Assembly (NCBI GenBank): GCA_963735805.1
Contig: CAVTMK010000002.1
Location: 1,600,001-1,664,000 of the forward strand
Length of the DNA stretch: 64,000 bases
Reading direction: 5' to 3'
Source: an uncultured Verrucomicrobiae bacterium
GTDB lineage: Bacteria > Verrucomicrobiota > Verrucomicrobiia > Chthoniobacterales > UBA10450
The translations under genes and the position numbers were made by a program. The notes under the pieces are model-generated. The model did no database searches and was not told the DNA's origin. It saw only the letters and a list, made by a program, of their open reading frames with translations. Below, one piece after another: positions 1-10,586 of the stretch; position 1 is the first letter of the stretch; each line of letters opens with the position of its first letter.

Positions 1-352
1 GACTTTACTAATATGGGCGGAAATCGTCCGATTTGTTGTGACTCAGATTATTTGCTGCTGTTTTCGGAGCCGCCCCTGCCCCACACAAACAGGACAGCAC
101 TTTAGAATCAGGCATTACGCTTCAGTGGGTGGCGGCTTTTTGTTTTGCCTCACTTCACAATTCTTTGAACTCGCCCGCGTGCTACTTAACGCTATGAGAC
201 ACGCTTCCGTCCTTTCGAACCGACACTCCGATTCGCTGGTCGTTCGCGTCTACACAAGCCCGGTCGTCAAACCGCGCCTGCGTAACAGGTGCATTCGAAA
301 AAGATCGGCACCCTTTTCAGCATCGGTTTGATCCACCGCTTCTTTGTTCGTT

Positions 353-580
353 TCATACCTGGTTGGGGAAACTGTGCGCTTCCAATCTTCGAGTAATCTG
401 CGCTAAACTCCGGACGACATCGACGTCCGACGGTGTGAGCGGTAAACTAAACGTGAACTCGCGCAGTGCGTTCGGATGAAACCTCACCCTATTGCGCTGG
501 TAGTCGATTTCCAGTTCGCCATTAAGGGTTTCAGTCTCTCTTGGCCTAGTTATCGAATTTTCCTGGCTTTCGTCGTCCAT
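353..580 (-). CDS. hypothetical protein (75 aa)
   Basis: ATG preceded by GAGGTAGAAA (RBS-like); no recognisable family. Confidence 0.4.
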   Translation of the reverse strand: MDDESQENSITRPRETETLNGELEIDYQRNRVRFHPNALREFTFSLPLTPSDVDVVRSLAQITRRLEAHSFPNQV

Positions 581-682
581 TTTCTACCTCGTTCTACGGA
601 GCCGACGCGACGAAGTTTCGGAAAAAAAAGAAACGGCAGTTGAGACATGAATCAAGGTGCCCCCAGCGGGTCACCCCGTACC

Positions 683-889
683 CAGCGAAGCCGGATGGAC
701 TTGGGACGTGTCTCAGCCATTCGATTCCAAGTGGCGAACGATCTGGATTGTCGATGTGCACCGCGACGAGGCAAAACGTTCGTTGTACGAACGGACGAAA
801 GGCTGACTGCGCTTGTGAAAGTTGAATCAACGAACTGCGCTTACGGCGAATGTCCTCCACAGCCTGGCGAGCTTTTCGCTTTTTTCTGA
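683..889 (+). pseudogene. frameshifted relic of a small hypothetical-protein family (AGWxW.VSAIDS.GRTIWI.D.HRD.K.FVVR.DE.LTA)
   Basis: Motif pieces SEAGWTW / VSAI / DSK / RTIWIVDVHRD / FVVRTDERLTALVKVES are spread over several + frames; similarity to a Chthoniobacterales family is recalled, not searched. Confidence 0.45.
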
Positions 890-1039
890 AACGCTTCGGC
901 TTTTTTCTCTTTTGTAAGGCTTATGAAACCAAATCCAAAAAACCTAGGGAGGAAAATATGAAACTGTTTAGTCCGCCGATTTCCGTCCTTGTCAGTGACG
1001 TTCCGTGAAGGGGATTTTGCCCGTCGCGCGTAAACTCGT

Positions 1040-1067
1040 TTGACAACTCTCCCAACTCGTCTATAAG
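1040..1067 (+). promoter_or_regulatory. sigma70-like promoter TTGACA-N16-TATAAG upstream of the 3D-domain gene
   Basis: Perfect -35 at 1040-1045 and 5/6 -10 at 1062-1067. Confidence 0.55.
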
Positions 1068-1237
1068 GGGGACCGGCTCGGCATACCGGGTCATCGTCAA
1101 GTCCGTGCGACGTCCTAAAGGCTAGCGCGCCGGGGCTGTTCCAAGATCTGACGTAAAAGCCACATCCTCGGCTTTCAGTATCAAGAATGGCTTGCTCCAC
1201 CCGAGACGCGACAACATTGGAGCAACGCTTGGATATC

Positions 1238-1630
1238 ATGAAGTTATCTTACACAGTTATATTGTTGTTATCGTTGGCATCGGCCGCTGTCGCGCGTGAG
1301 GAATCGATCCTGGCGCGCGTGACCAGTTACTGGGCAGGTGAAGGCTCCAAATACGCCAGTACCGGCCAGCGACTGCGCGCTGGACATTGCGCCGTTGACC
1401 CAAAGCGAATTCCGTACGGCAGTAAAGTTGTCTTTCCAGATTGTATCTGCACCGCGGTCGATACCGGACCCGCGGTCGTTAGTCGCAAAGCCGCTCGTGT
1501 ATGCGCTCGAACTGCGAGCCAACTTCAAGCTATCGTAGTCGATCGATTTTTTGAAACAAAGCGAGAGGCCATGGCGTGGACGAACGCGCATCCGCACTTT
1601 ATGACGCTTCAAATTGTCCGGCGCCCCTGA
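1238..1630 (+). CDS. secreted 3D-domain (MltA-like double-psi barrel) protein
   Basis: Signal peptide; VTSY, AVDPKRIPYGS, AVDTG and VVDRF motifs typical of the 3D domain. Confidence 0.8.
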   Translation: MKLSYTVILLLSLASAAVAREESILARVTSYWAGEGSKYASTGQRLRAGHCAVDPKRIPYGSKVVFPDCICTAVDTGPAVVSRKAARVCARTASQLQAIVVDRFFETKREAMAWTNAHPHFMTLQIVRRP

Positions 1631-1646
1631 TTACCCGAGAACCTCC

Positions 1647-1897
1647 ATGGATTCCAAAATCATGCTTGGCAATGCCGAGACACTGCAGGATTTGGACACC
1701 CTGCTTTGGTAGAATCGAAAAACCTGGCAGCACTCGACGGTTTGCGCGAGAAGACCGATCCGATCGCCAGAAAAACCCAGGGGACACCAAATCAACGGCT
1801 CGCCGCACAGACGAAACGGCTGGAAATTCGCGAAATTATGGGCAGCAAGAACATGCGCGAAATCACGCTGAATAATTCCCGCTCTCCGAACTATTAG
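1647..1897 (+). pseudogene. small hypothetical protein split by a frameshift near 1705
   Basis: MDSKIMLGNAETLQDLDTLL ends at TAG and continues as VESKNLAALDGLREK in another frame at a TTT run. Confidence 0.35.
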
Positions 1898-2034
1898 GTT
1901 CGTTGGTCCATTGCTGACGCAGACCCGGAAACGATGGGAAACCTGGGGGTATTTCTGAATCGACGCGCCATTACAAAGTCGTAATAACGAAATCTTTGGA
2001 CGACCTTTTGATAAGAACTACCGTAAAAACGAGT

Positions 2035-2328
2035 ATGAAAACGATAAAAGTGGTAGCAGCGACAGTTTTAGGTATTGGGTTCGCTTTTGGCGCAGCCGCT
2101 GAACCCGGAAAACATCCCGGGGAAAAGGTTGAACTGAAATCGCTCCCCACAGCAGTCCAGGACACAATTAATCAAAAGGCAGCAGGCGGAAACATCGTTC
2201 GGGTAATGAGGGAAGACGACCCGGATGGGAAGTGGAATTACGAGGTTGTTGTCAAAGCCAATGGGAAGGAGTCGGGTTTCGAGGTGGATCCCAACGGACG
2301 TTTCGTGAAGCAACACGAAGCGAACTAA
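2035..2328 (+). CDS. secreted PepSY/BLIP-like domain protein
   Basis: Signal peptide; LPTAVQDTI...YEVVV...GFEVDPNGRF pattern. Confidence 0.7.
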   Translation: MKTIKVVAATVLGIGFAFGAAAEPGKHPGEKVELKSLPTAVQDTINQKAAGGNIVRVMREDDPDGKWNYEVVVKANGKESGFEVDPNGRFVKQHEAN

Positions 2329-2437
2329 GAGGTCGTGTCTGGGAGTCGTTGACGAAAGGGCGATCGCGCACACCGCGAAAACGCCAAAGACAGCAACTGT
2401 TCTTATACAGGGGGGTGCAAACTGGCGCTGCGCTAGT

Positions 2438-3823
2438 TTACTCGCGCAGCCGAATCGGTCGCGACGTGAGGTCGAGTTTGCCTGAGGACATTACGCGCTC
2501 GATGAAGCCCGTGTCGTAGTTGCCGGCACGGAATTCTCCGTTGCGCATGATGGCCGCATGAAACGGCACAGTGGTCTTGATGCCGGTGATGTAATACTCG
2601 TCCAGTGCGCGCCGCATCCGCTCGATCGCATTGATTCGAGTCGCGCCCACCGTAATGATTTTTGCAATCAATGAATCGTAATACGGCGGCACAGTGTAAC
2701 CAGTGTAAACGTGGGAATCGATTCGAACGCCGCGGCCGCCCGGCGCATAATAGAAGTCGATTCGGCCCGGCGTTGGTTGAAAATCCTTCGCCGGATCTTC
2801 TGCGTTAATGCGACATTCGATCGCGTGCAGCCGGGGGGTCGCCCGCGCGACATGTTCCGAAAGCGGTTCGCCTGCGGCAATGCGGATTTGTTCCTTTACC
2901 AAATCGCATCCGTAAACCTCTTCCGTAATCGTGTGTTCGACCTGGATGCGTGTGTTCATCTCCATAAAGTAAAAATGCCGTTCCTGGTCAACCAGGAATT
3001 CAATCGTGCCCGCGTTCTCGTAGCCAACTGACTTGGCCAGCTTTATGGCGGCGTGTCCCATCTTCTTCCGCAGACTCGCAGTCATTAGAGGCGATGGACA
3101 TTCTTCAATAATCTTCTGGTTGCGCCGTTGAATAGAGCAATCGCGTTCGCCCAGATGGACAATGTGACCATGACCATCGGCCACAATCTGGAATTCGACG
3201 TGATGCGGATTGACGATGAGCTTCTCGATATAGACCCGATCATCTCCGAAAGCTTTTTCGGCTTCGTGACGCGCGCTATGAAAGGCTGATTGCAAGCTCG
3301 GTTCATTGTGCGCCATCCGCATTCCACGTCCGCCCCCGCCGGCGGCTGCTTTGATCATTACAGGATAACCGATTTTCTTCGCGATTTTGATCGCGTCGCT
3401 CTCTGCCTCGATAATTCCGTCGCTTCCCGGCGTCACTGGTACGCCGGCTTTTCGCGCCGCGGTGCGCGCGGCATTCTTATCCCCCATCGCCTGCATCGCT
3501 TGCGATGAAGGTCCAATGAACTTGATATTGCAGCTTTCACATACTTCCGCGAAATGTGGGTTCTCGGCAAGAAATCCGTAGCCAGGATGGATCGCATCGA
3601 CATCGCCAATCTCGGCTGCGCTCATGATTCGGTCGATCTTGAGGTAACTTTCCGTGCTGGGCGGCGCGCCGATGCAAATGGATTCGTCTGCAAGCTGCAC
3701 ATGCAACGAATCGACGTCGGCCTCAGAATAAACCGCCAGGGTTCGGATGCCGAGCTCCTTGCAGGCGCGAATTACGCGCAACGCAATCTCACCGCGATTG
3801 GCAATCAGAACTTTTTCAAACAT
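2438..3823 (-). CDS. accC: acetyl-CoA carboxylase biotin carboxylase subunit
   Basis: [45 protein letters not shown]. Confidence 0.97.
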   Translation of the reverse strand: MFEKVLIANRGEIALRVIRACKELGIRTLAVYSEADVDSLHVQLADESICIGAPPSTESYLKIDRIMSAAEIGDVDAIHPGYGFLAENPHFAEVCESCNIKFIGPSSQAMQAMGDKNAARTAARKAGVPVTPGSDGIIEAESDAIKIAKKIGYPVMIKAAAGGGGRGMRMAHNEPSLQSAFHSARHEAEKAFGDDRVYIEKLIVNPHHVEFQIVADGHGHIVHLGERDCSIQRRNQKIIEECPSPLMTASLRKKMGHAAIKLAKSVGYENAGTIEFLVDQERHFYFMEMNTRIQVEHTITEEVYGCDLVKEQIRIAAGEPLSEHVARATPRLHAIECRINAEDPAKDFQPTPGRIDFYYAPGGRGVRIDSHVYTGYTVPPYYDSLIAKIITVGATRINAIERMRRALDEYYITGIKTTVPFHAAIMRNGEFRAGNYDTGFIERVMSSGKLDLTSRPIRLRE

Positions 3824-3834
3824 GGCCTGGCAAG

Positions 3835-3900
3835 GTAGGGAAAACGGGTCCGCTTGCCTGGTTTAGAAGCGCACACTTGCAAGCGATGCGCCTGCCTTAC
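3835..3900. repeat. pair of inverted GTAG-type REP-like palindromes between accB and accC
   Basis: GTAGGG... on + strand and GTAAGGCAGGCGCATCGCTTGC on - strand. Confidence 0.5.
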
Positions 3901-3921
3901 AATCAAATTTTCTCCGATGCA

Positions 3922-4386
3922 TCAACGAACTTTGAAAAGCACTTGCCCGAACTGGACGGGTTTGCCGTTTTCGGCCACTACTTCTGCAATCACACCGCTC
4001 ACTTCGGCCTTGATCTCATTCATCACTTTCATCGCCTCGATAATGCAAACCACTGTTTCTTCTGTAACGGTTTTTCCGATATCAACAAAGGGCGAGCCGT
4101 CCGGCGATGCAGCGCGATAAAACGTGCCCACCATGGGTGAGACGATTTCCCTGAGTTGGACGCTTTCGATCGGCTTGGGTAAGGCAGTCGCAACTTCAGG
4201 ACCAGCTGTGGCTGCCTTGGGAGCAATCGCCGTTGGGAGCGGCCCAGCCGCAGGTGTCTGACCTGAAGTACCTCTTTGAATGTTTATGCGCAACCCTTCC
4301 TTTTCGATTTCGAGCACGGAAAGGTCGTTCTTCTTCATCAGATCGATGAGCGTCTTAATTTCTTTGATGTCCTTGGGTTCCAACAC
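3922..4386 (-). CDS. accB: acetyl-CoA carboxylase biotin carboxyl carrier protein
   Basis: SPMVGTFY and EAMKVMNEI biotinylation motif; GGAGGA RBS before GTG/TTG start. Confidence 0.96.
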   Translation of the reverse strand: MLEPKDIKEIKTLIDLMKKNDLSVLEIEKEGLRINIQRGTSGQTPAAGPLPTAIAPKAATAGPEVATALPKPIESVQLREIVSPMVGTFYRAASPDGSPFVDIGKTVTEETVVCIIEAMKVMNEIKAEVSGVIAEVVAENGKPVQFGQVLFKVR

Positions 4387-4467
4387 GTGCTCCTCCAAAA
4401 GTTAAGAGGCTAGGTAAAGCAGTTTTGGGAATGAGGTCAAGGCAATCGTGGTTATTGTTGCCGTGAA

Positions 4468-5250
4468 ATGATCGAGTCGCCGACGGCAGTCGATTTCAAA
4501 ATCGTTGAAGAAACCGATGAGTATGCCGTCGTCGATAAGCCGCCGTTTCTATTGATTCACCCCACGAAACCGGATGGCACGCGAACTTTGTGGCAGGAGT
4601 TGCGGGAGGTCTTCGCGTTCGAAATCGCCGCGGGCGGCCAGGTATCTATAATAAATCGCCTCGATCGTGAGACCAGCGGTCTGGTCCTAGTTGCCAAGAA
4701 ACCTGATGTCGCGCGCCGATTTGGGCTCCTGATGCAACGGCATTGTCTAGAGAAGGAGTATCTGGCAATTGTATGGGGTTGGCCGGACTGGGACGCCACA
4801 CTTGTCGATGCCGCCTTGGACCGGCAAGGTAAACATCAACACTCTGCAATTTGGCTGAAGCAAATGATTCATCCGTCTGGCGCTGCTGCGCGGACTGAAT
4901 TTCGGGTCGAGCGGCGATTCATTCACGTCGTGACGAATACCAGTCCGGTTGGGGCCAGCCCTGCTCTGCAAGGCGACAAATTCAGTTTAGTTCGAGCAGT
5001 TCCACATACGGGACGCACTCACCAGATTCGAGTGCATCTGGCGTCGGTTGGGCACCCGATTGTGGGCGACAAAATTTACGGGGCGGACGAAAATCTTTAC
5101 CTGCGGTTCATCGAGACTGGGTGGACGTCTGAGCTCCAACGCCAACTGCTCCTGCCACGCCATGCTTTGCACTCGACGAGATTGGCAATCGAGGGCGAGC
5201 ATGAATGGACCAGCTCACTGCCTCCCGATCTGGTGGAATTCATTAAATAG
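4468..5250 (+). CDS. RluA-family RNA pseudouridine synthase
   Basis: VDKP, NRLDRETSG, TGRTHQIRVH, PIVGD motifs. Confidence 0.93.
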   Translation: MIESPTAVDFKIVEETDEYAVVDKPPFLLIHPTKPDGTRTLWQELREVFAFEIAAGGQVSIINRLDRETSGLVLVAKKPDVARRFGLLMQRHCLEKEYLAIVWGWPDWDATLVDAALDRQGKHQHSAIWLKQMIHPSGAAARTEFRVERRFIHVVTNTSPVGASPALQGDKFSLVRAVPHTGRTHQIRVHLASVGHPIVGDKIYGADENLYLRFIETGWTSELQRQLLLPRHALHSTRLAIEGEHEWTSSLPPDLVEFIK

Positions 5251-5333
5251 GACAGCACGCTGTATCCAGACGCTGCAGCGTGGCGACCCTTCTGATTGCA
5301 ATCCGATCAGGCCTTCTTATCGTAGCGCGCCGA

Positions 5334-5945
5334 ATGAAAACGCTTCGCGCCTGTACTCTCTGTGCGATCGTTCTTGCTTGCTCACAGGCACTCGGCGGAA
5401 CGGTAGAGGCAACCGCCGAAACGACAACAGAAGAACTGAACCCACAACGATTCGAATTAGCAGTCGAGTCAGGTTATTTGTTCGGCGCAATTAATCCGCC
5501 TGCCGATTACCAAATTGGCGCGGAATTCGTGACCGCGCGCGTTCGATGGGGAGTTGTCGAGCGCGATACGTGGCTGCGCGGCTACAACCAATTTTATGTG
5601 AGCGCGATTGCGGAACCGATCTTTAAAGGAATCGAAAACCGTTATTTCGGCATCAACCTCGGAATGCGTTACAACTTTGTTCGACCGCGCAGCCGGTTTG
5701 TTCCCTATATTTCGGGCGGACTCGGCTTGGGATGGATCGACAGTCAGTCGCAGGTTTTTGGGGGTCAGGGGCAGGATTTTACATTCAACATTTTGACGGC
5801 CGCAGGGATTTCCTATCTCGTGGACGATCACTGGAAGATAAGCGTAGGGGCGCTTTATCAGCATCTCTCAAACGGAGGGCAAACCGATCCCAATCCCAGC
5901 CTGAATCTTTTCGGCCCACAGGTGGGCGCTAGCTATTCGTTTTGA
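5334..5945 (+). CDS. acyloxyacyl hydrolase / PagL-like outer-membrane beta-barrel
   Basis: Signal peptide, YQHLSNGG catalytic-type motif, terminal YSF. Confidence 0.8.
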   Translation: MKTLRACTLCAIVLACSQALGGTVEATAETTTEELNPQRFELAVESGYLFGAINPPADYQIGAEFVTARVRWGVVERDTWLRGYNQFYVSAIAEPIFKGIENRYFGINLGMRYNFVRPRSRFVPYISGGLGLGWIDSQSQVFGGQGQDFTFNILTAAGISYLVDDHWKISVGALYQHLSNGGQTDPNPSLNLFGPQVGASYSF

Positions 5946-5953
5946 TCTTTCCC

Positions 5954-6041
5954 GTCATGTCGAGTGAAGTCGAGGCATCCCGCAGCAAAAGCAACCCGCA
6001 CTATCACGGGATTCTCTGAATTCGCTTCGCTCAGGGATGAC
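5954..6041. repeat. GTCAT...ATGAC REP-like stem-loop element (copy 1)
   Basis: GTCATGTCGAGTGAAGTCGAGGCATCCC ... GGGATTCTCTGAATTCGCTTCGCTCAGGGATGAC imperfect inverted arms; related copy at 35033. Confidence 0.7.
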
Positions 6042-6056
6042 AGCATTTCTAAAGTG

Positions 6057-6674
6057 ATGAGTAATCCGCCAAACGAGAACGTCCTGGTCGTCAGGCGCGC
6101 GCTCTTCGATGAGCTGGGCACTTTTCAGGGATTAAATTTCGAGCCGGAAAAATACTTGACGGCCATTCTGTCTCGCGGGAGCAATTTTTTCATTCCGCGT
6201 CACCAAGCTGAAAACGATCCCGCCTATAAGCAAATCATCCCGTATGCGCTGATGGCCTTTGAAAACACGGTGCTTCATTACGTGCGCGGCAAAAAGGCAG
6301 GCGAACAGCGGTTGGTAGCGAAAGGCTCGATCGGCATCGGCGGCCACATGAACGAAACTGACGAATCGCTCTTTGCCATGGATGAACAGGCCTATCGAGC
6401 TGGAGTCGAGCGCGAAGTAAACGAGGAAATCAAGATCGATACTCCGTTTGAAGATCGAATCGTTGCGCTTTTAAATGACGACTCAACCGACGTCGGACGG
6501 GTTCACATGGGGATCGTGCACCTCTTCAAATTGAAGGAACCGAAAGTGCAGAAGCGTGAAGCGATGATCACCGGCCTGAGCTTTCTGAACAGGGAAGAAC
6601 TGATGGCCCGTCGCGAATTACTGGAGAGCTGGTCGCAAATCTGTCTCGATTCGCTGGACCGCCTGTTGACCTAA
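6057..6674 (+). CDS. predicted NUDIX-family phosphoesterase (COG4112-like)
   Basis: AENDPAYKQIIPY, SIGIGGHMN, REVNEE, VGRVHMG, ESWSQ. Confidence 0.85.
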   Translation: MSNPPNENVLVVRRALFDELGTFQGLNFEPEKYLTAILSRGSNFFIPRHQAENDPAYKQIIPYALMAFENTVLHYVRGKKAGEQRLVAKGSIGIGGHMNETDESLFAMDEQAYRAGVEREVNEEIKIDTPFEDRIVALLNDDSTDVGRVHMGIVHLFKLKEPKVQKREAMITGLSFLNREELMARRELLESWSQICLDSLDRLLT

Positions 6675-6720
6675 CAACTCTCGTGCTTCGGTAGGATTTG
6701 ACGATTTATCGGCGCATACC

Positions 6721-7179
6721 CTATCGCGCCATCTCCGCCGCGAAATTTAGCTCGTCAATTTGCCAACGACCCACTGGATGGGAAACAGCCACATTGATAT
6801 CAGCTCCTCTGGTTGGATAAGCAATGTGCGCGTGGAAGTTGCCGTTTGGCTCGAAAAAATGGGACTGAAACACAATTTCACCGTCCACCTTTGGCGGAGA
6901 TAGCGGCGTTCCAAGCTTGTCCAATTGAGTCATGAGATCCTGTTGCGCCGAAGGCGGATACTGTAAACGCATTGCGGGGCTCAAATGATCCGCGAAAAAC
7001 TTTATGTTATGTTGCATGATGAGCTCCTGGATCACTTGCTTCCCAAATTGATTACCCTCCTGCGCCATTTGGCGCTTATTGGAATCGAGCCACCAATATC
7101 CAATGCCGATCAACACGAGAACGATGATTAAGATAACGAGAATTTGTCCTGATAACTTAGACCGTGGATTTATTTTCAT
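6721..7179 (-). CDS. hypothetical membrane-anchored protein
   Basis: N-terminal TM helix; co-oriented with adjacent gene. Confidence 0.65.
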   Translation of the reverse strand: MKINPRSKLSGQILVILIIVLVLIGIGYWWLDSNKRQMAQEGNQFGKQVIQELIMQHNIKFFADHLSPAMRLQYPPSAQQDLMTQLDKLGTPLSPPKVDGEIVFQSHFFEPNGNFHAHIAYPTRGADINVAVSHPVGRWQIDELNFAAEMAR

Positions 7180-7197
7180 TTTGTTTAAGATTCATTG

Positions 7198-7557
7198 TTA
7201 ATAGCCGAAACCCAGGCCTTTAATCACCTCGCCATTGCGGATCAAGGCTCCATGGCTTTGCATTCCCGTGTAAGCGCCGAAGCGATTTCGCGCGTTTACC
7301 TTGAAATTGACCAGATAGCCGTAAAGAGGTTTGTCTTTCTCGCCCAAACTCGCAGGCTTGGGGTCGCCATTCCACTCGATCCGTGCACTGCCAGCATCGA
7401 TTAATTGCGTATCGAGCCATTTCATAACGATTTCCTTGTAATTCGTCGGGTACTGTCCATAGCGCTCTGTATCGGCAGGTGGGGTTTCTGCGCGTAAACT
7501 GGCCACCGCGCACACTCCCATAAAGAGCACGCAGAACACCGATACAAGCTTTTTCAT
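7198..7557 (-). CDS. hypothetical secreted protein
   Basis: Signal peptide; VNARNRFGAYTG motif. Confidence 0.75.
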   Translation of the reverse strand: MKKLVSVFCVLFMGVCAVASLRAETPPADTERYGQYPTNYKEIVMKWLDTQLIDAGSARIEWNGDPKPASLGEKDKPLYGYLVNFKVNARNRFGAYTGMQSHGALIRNGEVIKGLGFGY

Positions 7558-7635
7558 ATGGGCATCTTCTGTTGGGCGAGACAGCTAGTCCAGCTTATTG
7601 AATCGCTGTTGTAACGCTGCCTCTCTCTTAAATTC

Positions 7636-9051
7636 GTGTTTATTATGGATGCCCTGATGACTAAGTTTTCCGTTCTAATTCTGGTCATTGTTATATCGCC
7701 AATGACTCCGATGCCTGCTTCGGCACAAGAAATCCTGGCACAAAGAGCGGCGCCCCAAAATTCTGAGAAAATTGGCTCGTTCGAACCCGGTGCCGGGGTC
7801 AACGACTCCAGCTACAGCCCGAACCCGCGTGCTGAGGATGTAAAATCATTCGATGCAGCTGCGGCCACACAAGCGTGGCTGGATAGCGTTCCGCGTGATC
7901 AACGAGAAAAGTCCAACGCTTATTTTGAAGGGGGTTACTGGCTGATCCTCTGGAATTTTCTCCTCACGGCGGCAATTTCGATCTTTCTGCTGGTGTCACG
8001 GTTTTCGGCGCGATTACGGGATTTGTCCGAAAGTCTTACGCGAATCAAGACTCTCCAGACCGCTTGCTATGCAATCCCATATTTGCTTTTCGTTTACGCA
8101 CTGACCTTTCCTCTCAATCTGTACGAAAACTTCTTTCGCGAGCATCAATACGGCATGGCGACCCAAAGTTTCGCCTCATGGTTTTGGGAACAGTTACTGG
8201 GCCTGGCGCTCACTTTAGTTGGTGGAACCTTGCTGCTGGTCGTTCTCTACACCGTCTTTCGCCGGGCACCACGCGGATGGTGGATTTGGGGAACTATGGT
8301 CATGATCATTTTCTCGGGAACCCTCTTCTTATTTGCACCGGTTTATATCGAACCGCTCTTTAATAGTTATAAGCCAATAACCGATCCAAAGATTCGAGAT
8401 CCAATTCTAGCAATGGCTCAAGCAAATGAAATTCCCGTGAAGCGGGTTTTTGAAGTGGATGCCTCCCGTCAAACCACGCGTGTAAGCGCCAATGTGTCCG
8501 GGTTACTGGGGACGACACGTGTTGCGCTCAATGATAATCTGCTTAAGCAATGCACGCTGCCAGAGATTCGCGCGGTGATGGCACATGAGATGGGGCACTA
8601 TGTCCTTAACCATGGTGCGAAACTGCTGACCTATCTTGGAATATTCATACTCGTTGGATTCGCGCTTACTCGGGTCCTCTTTGATGCCGCTCTAAGGCAC
8701 TGGGGAAAAAGCTGGGTTGTGCGCGGAATCAGCGACCCCGCAGGCCTTCCATTGCTCGTCCTGATTTTGAGTACGCTGCTTTTCATCGCGACGCCGTTCC
8801 TCAACACTCTCGTACGCATCACGGAGCGCGAAGCAGATGCTTTCGGGATCAACACGTCGCGCGAGCCCGACGGTATGGCAAAAGTCGCGCTGAAACTGGG
8901 CGAGTATCGCAAGCTAGACCCGACGCCGTTGGAAGAATTTATCTTTTTCGATCATCCCAGCGGACGCGCAAGAATTCGCATGGCAATGGATTGGAAAGGA
9001 GCAAATTTGCCAGCTGGAGAATCGCTCCCGTCCGCCAGGCCGGTTCATTGA
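7636..9051 (+). CDS. M48 (Ste24-like) membrane metallopeptidase; start uncertain
   Basis: AHEMGH zinc motif, EREAD, DHPS..ARI, multiple TM helices. Confidence 0.92.
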   Translation: MFIMDALMTKFSVLILVIVISPMTPMPASAQEILAQRAAPQNSEKIGSFEPGAGVNDSSYSPNPRAEDVKSFDAAAATQAWLDSVPRDQREKSNAYFEGGYWLILWNFLLTAAISIFLLVSRFSARLRDLSESLTRIKTLQTACYAIPYLLFVYALTFPLNLYENFFREHQYGMATQSFASWFWEQLLGLALTLVGGTLLLVVLYTVFRRAPRGWWIWGTMVMIIFSGTLFLFAPVYIEPLFNSYKPITDPKIRDPILAMAQANEIPVKRVFEVDASRQTTRVSANVSGLLGTTRVALNDNLLKQCTLPEIRAVMAHEMGHYVLNHGAKLLTYLGIFILVGFALTRVLFDAALRHWGKSWVVRGISDPAGLPLLVLILSTLLFIATPFLNTLVRITEREADAFGINTSREPDGMAKVALKLGEYRKLDPTPLEEFIFFDHPSGRARIRMAMDWKGANLPAGESLPSARPVH

Positions 9052-9092
9052 CCAGTCATCGCCATTTGAAGGGGGTCCACCCTGTTCCACCC

Positions 9093-9458
9093 CTAGCCCG
9101 TTTCGCGCGGGTGCTGCGAAGGCGCTGCGGCGGTGAAGGCAAATTTTCGCTTCCGAATCAGCATTAAGTTGCGGATGTAGATCAGTGAGTTTGGGAGATA
9201 CGCAAGAATCCCAACCGGATCGCGCCGAAAAATAAAGTAAATGCACATGAGCACACTGCCCGCAATGCTCCAGTACCAGAATGAGACTGGAATGATGCTC
9301 TCGCCCTGTCGCTCTGAAGCGAGCCATTGGACAAGGAAACGCATCGAAAAAAGAGCGTTCCCGATGAAACCAAGGACCATGAGATAACTCCAGTCCAGGC
9401 CAAAAAAGCGATACTCTTTCCCGATCCAGGTGATAGCGATGAGTGCAAGTGTGTTCAT
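9093..9458 (-). CDS. lipid A biosynthesis N-terminal (LAB_N) domain protein
   Basis: LGFIGNALFSMRFLVQWLASE, PVSFWYWS, RRDPV. Confidence 0.85.
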   Translation of the reverse strand: MNTLALIAITWIGKEYRFFGLDWSYLMVLGFIGNALFSMRFLVQWLASERQGESIIPVSFWYWSIAGSVLMCIYFIFRRDPVGILAYLPNSLIYIRNLMLIRKRKFAFTAAAPSQHPRETG

Positions 9459-9591
9459 AGGCAATTTATACGATTCAGCGATTTCATATCGAATCTGTCG
9501 CGATTTCATCCGGTGAACCGCAAACAAACCGCGAACGATTTAGACAGACAATTCCCGATACCGTAATGACCGGCTACTGAAAGCGCGAATT

Positions 9592-10473
9592 TTAGGATTG
9601 AATCTTCATTCGTGCAATCAGTGTATCGGCGATCGCAGCGGGAGTCTGCGCAACGGCGATATTTGCTGCCCTAAGCGCTTCGATCTTGCTTGCTGCCGTT
9701 CCCTTCCCCCCTGAAACAATCGCGCCAGCATGGCCCATCCGTCGACCTGGAGGGGCTGTCACTCCCGCAATAAAAGCCGCAACCGGTTTCCTGCAATTCT
9801 TCTTGATCCACTCGGCGGCTTCTTCCTCTGCCGATCCGCCAATTTCACCGATCAAAATTATTGCATCCGTACCCGGGTCTTCGTTGAACAGTTTCACGCA
9901 ATCAAGATGCGACAGGCCGCCGATCGGATCGCCGCCGATTCCGATGCAAGTCGATTGACCGTATCCACGCGACGTCAGTTGCCAGACCGCTTCGTAAGTA
10001 AGTGTGCCGGAACGCGAGATGACGCCTATGCTGCCTGGCTTATGAATATACCCCGGCATGATGCCGATCTTGCAAGCGCCGGGAGTGATGATTCCCGGGC
10101 AGTTCGGCCCGATCAGTCGCGATCGATTTCCGTGCATCAGCGCTTTGACTCGCATCATGTCCATCACCGGTATTCCTTCGGTGATGCAAACAACCAGTTC
10201 CACACCACCATCAACGGCTTCGAGAATTGAATCGGCAGCCGCCGGCGCAGGCACAAAAACCATGGAGGCATTGCAGTCGGTCTTTTGTCGTGCCTCCCAC
10301 ACCGTGTCGAATACCGGCACTTTGCCATCGAACATCTGTCCGCCTTTGCCCGGAGTGACACCCGCAACAACGTTTGTGCCGTAATCCATGCATTGCCGCG
10401 TGTGAAATGCACCTGCGCTGCCGGTAATTCCCTGCACAACGAGCCGCGTATTTCTATCTGCTAGGATTGACAT
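9592..10473 (-). CDS. sucD: succinyl-CoA synthetase alpha subunit
   Basis: [28 protein letters not shown]. Confidence 0.97.
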   Translation of the reverse strand: MSILADRNTRLVVQGITGSAGAFHTRQCMDYGTNVVAGVTPGKGGQMFDGKVPVFDTVWEARQKTDCNASMVFVPAPAAADSILEAVDGGVELVVCITEGIPVMDMMRVKALMHGNRSRLIGPNCPGIITPGACKIGIMPGYIHKPGSIGVISRSGTLTYEAVWQLTSRGYGQSTCIGIGGDPIGGLSHLDCVKLFNEDPGTDAIILIGEIGGSAEEEAAEWIKKNCRKPVAAFIAGVTAPPGRRMGHAGAIVSGGKGTAASKIEALRAANIAVAQTPAAIADTLIARMKIQS

Positions 10474-10484
10474 GGTACTAGTGG

Positions 10485-10586
10485 CGAATGACGAAGGTCT
10501 AATGGCGAAGCAACGACGAACTCGGAATGACCAAATGAAACTTGCATACCTTCGTCACTCGAGCATTCGGGCAGTGTTCGTCATTT
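10485..10586. repeat. AATGACGAA-type degenerate tandem/inverted repeat element
   Basis: CGAATGACGAA, AATGGCGAA, GAATGACCAA on the left arm; TTCGTCACT, TTCGTCATTT on the right arm. Confidence 0.6.

Noticed and set aside
1066..1175. Canonical c-di-AMP or c-di-GMP riboswitch
   Set aside because: Only GGGGGACC matches; the other conserved elements are absent
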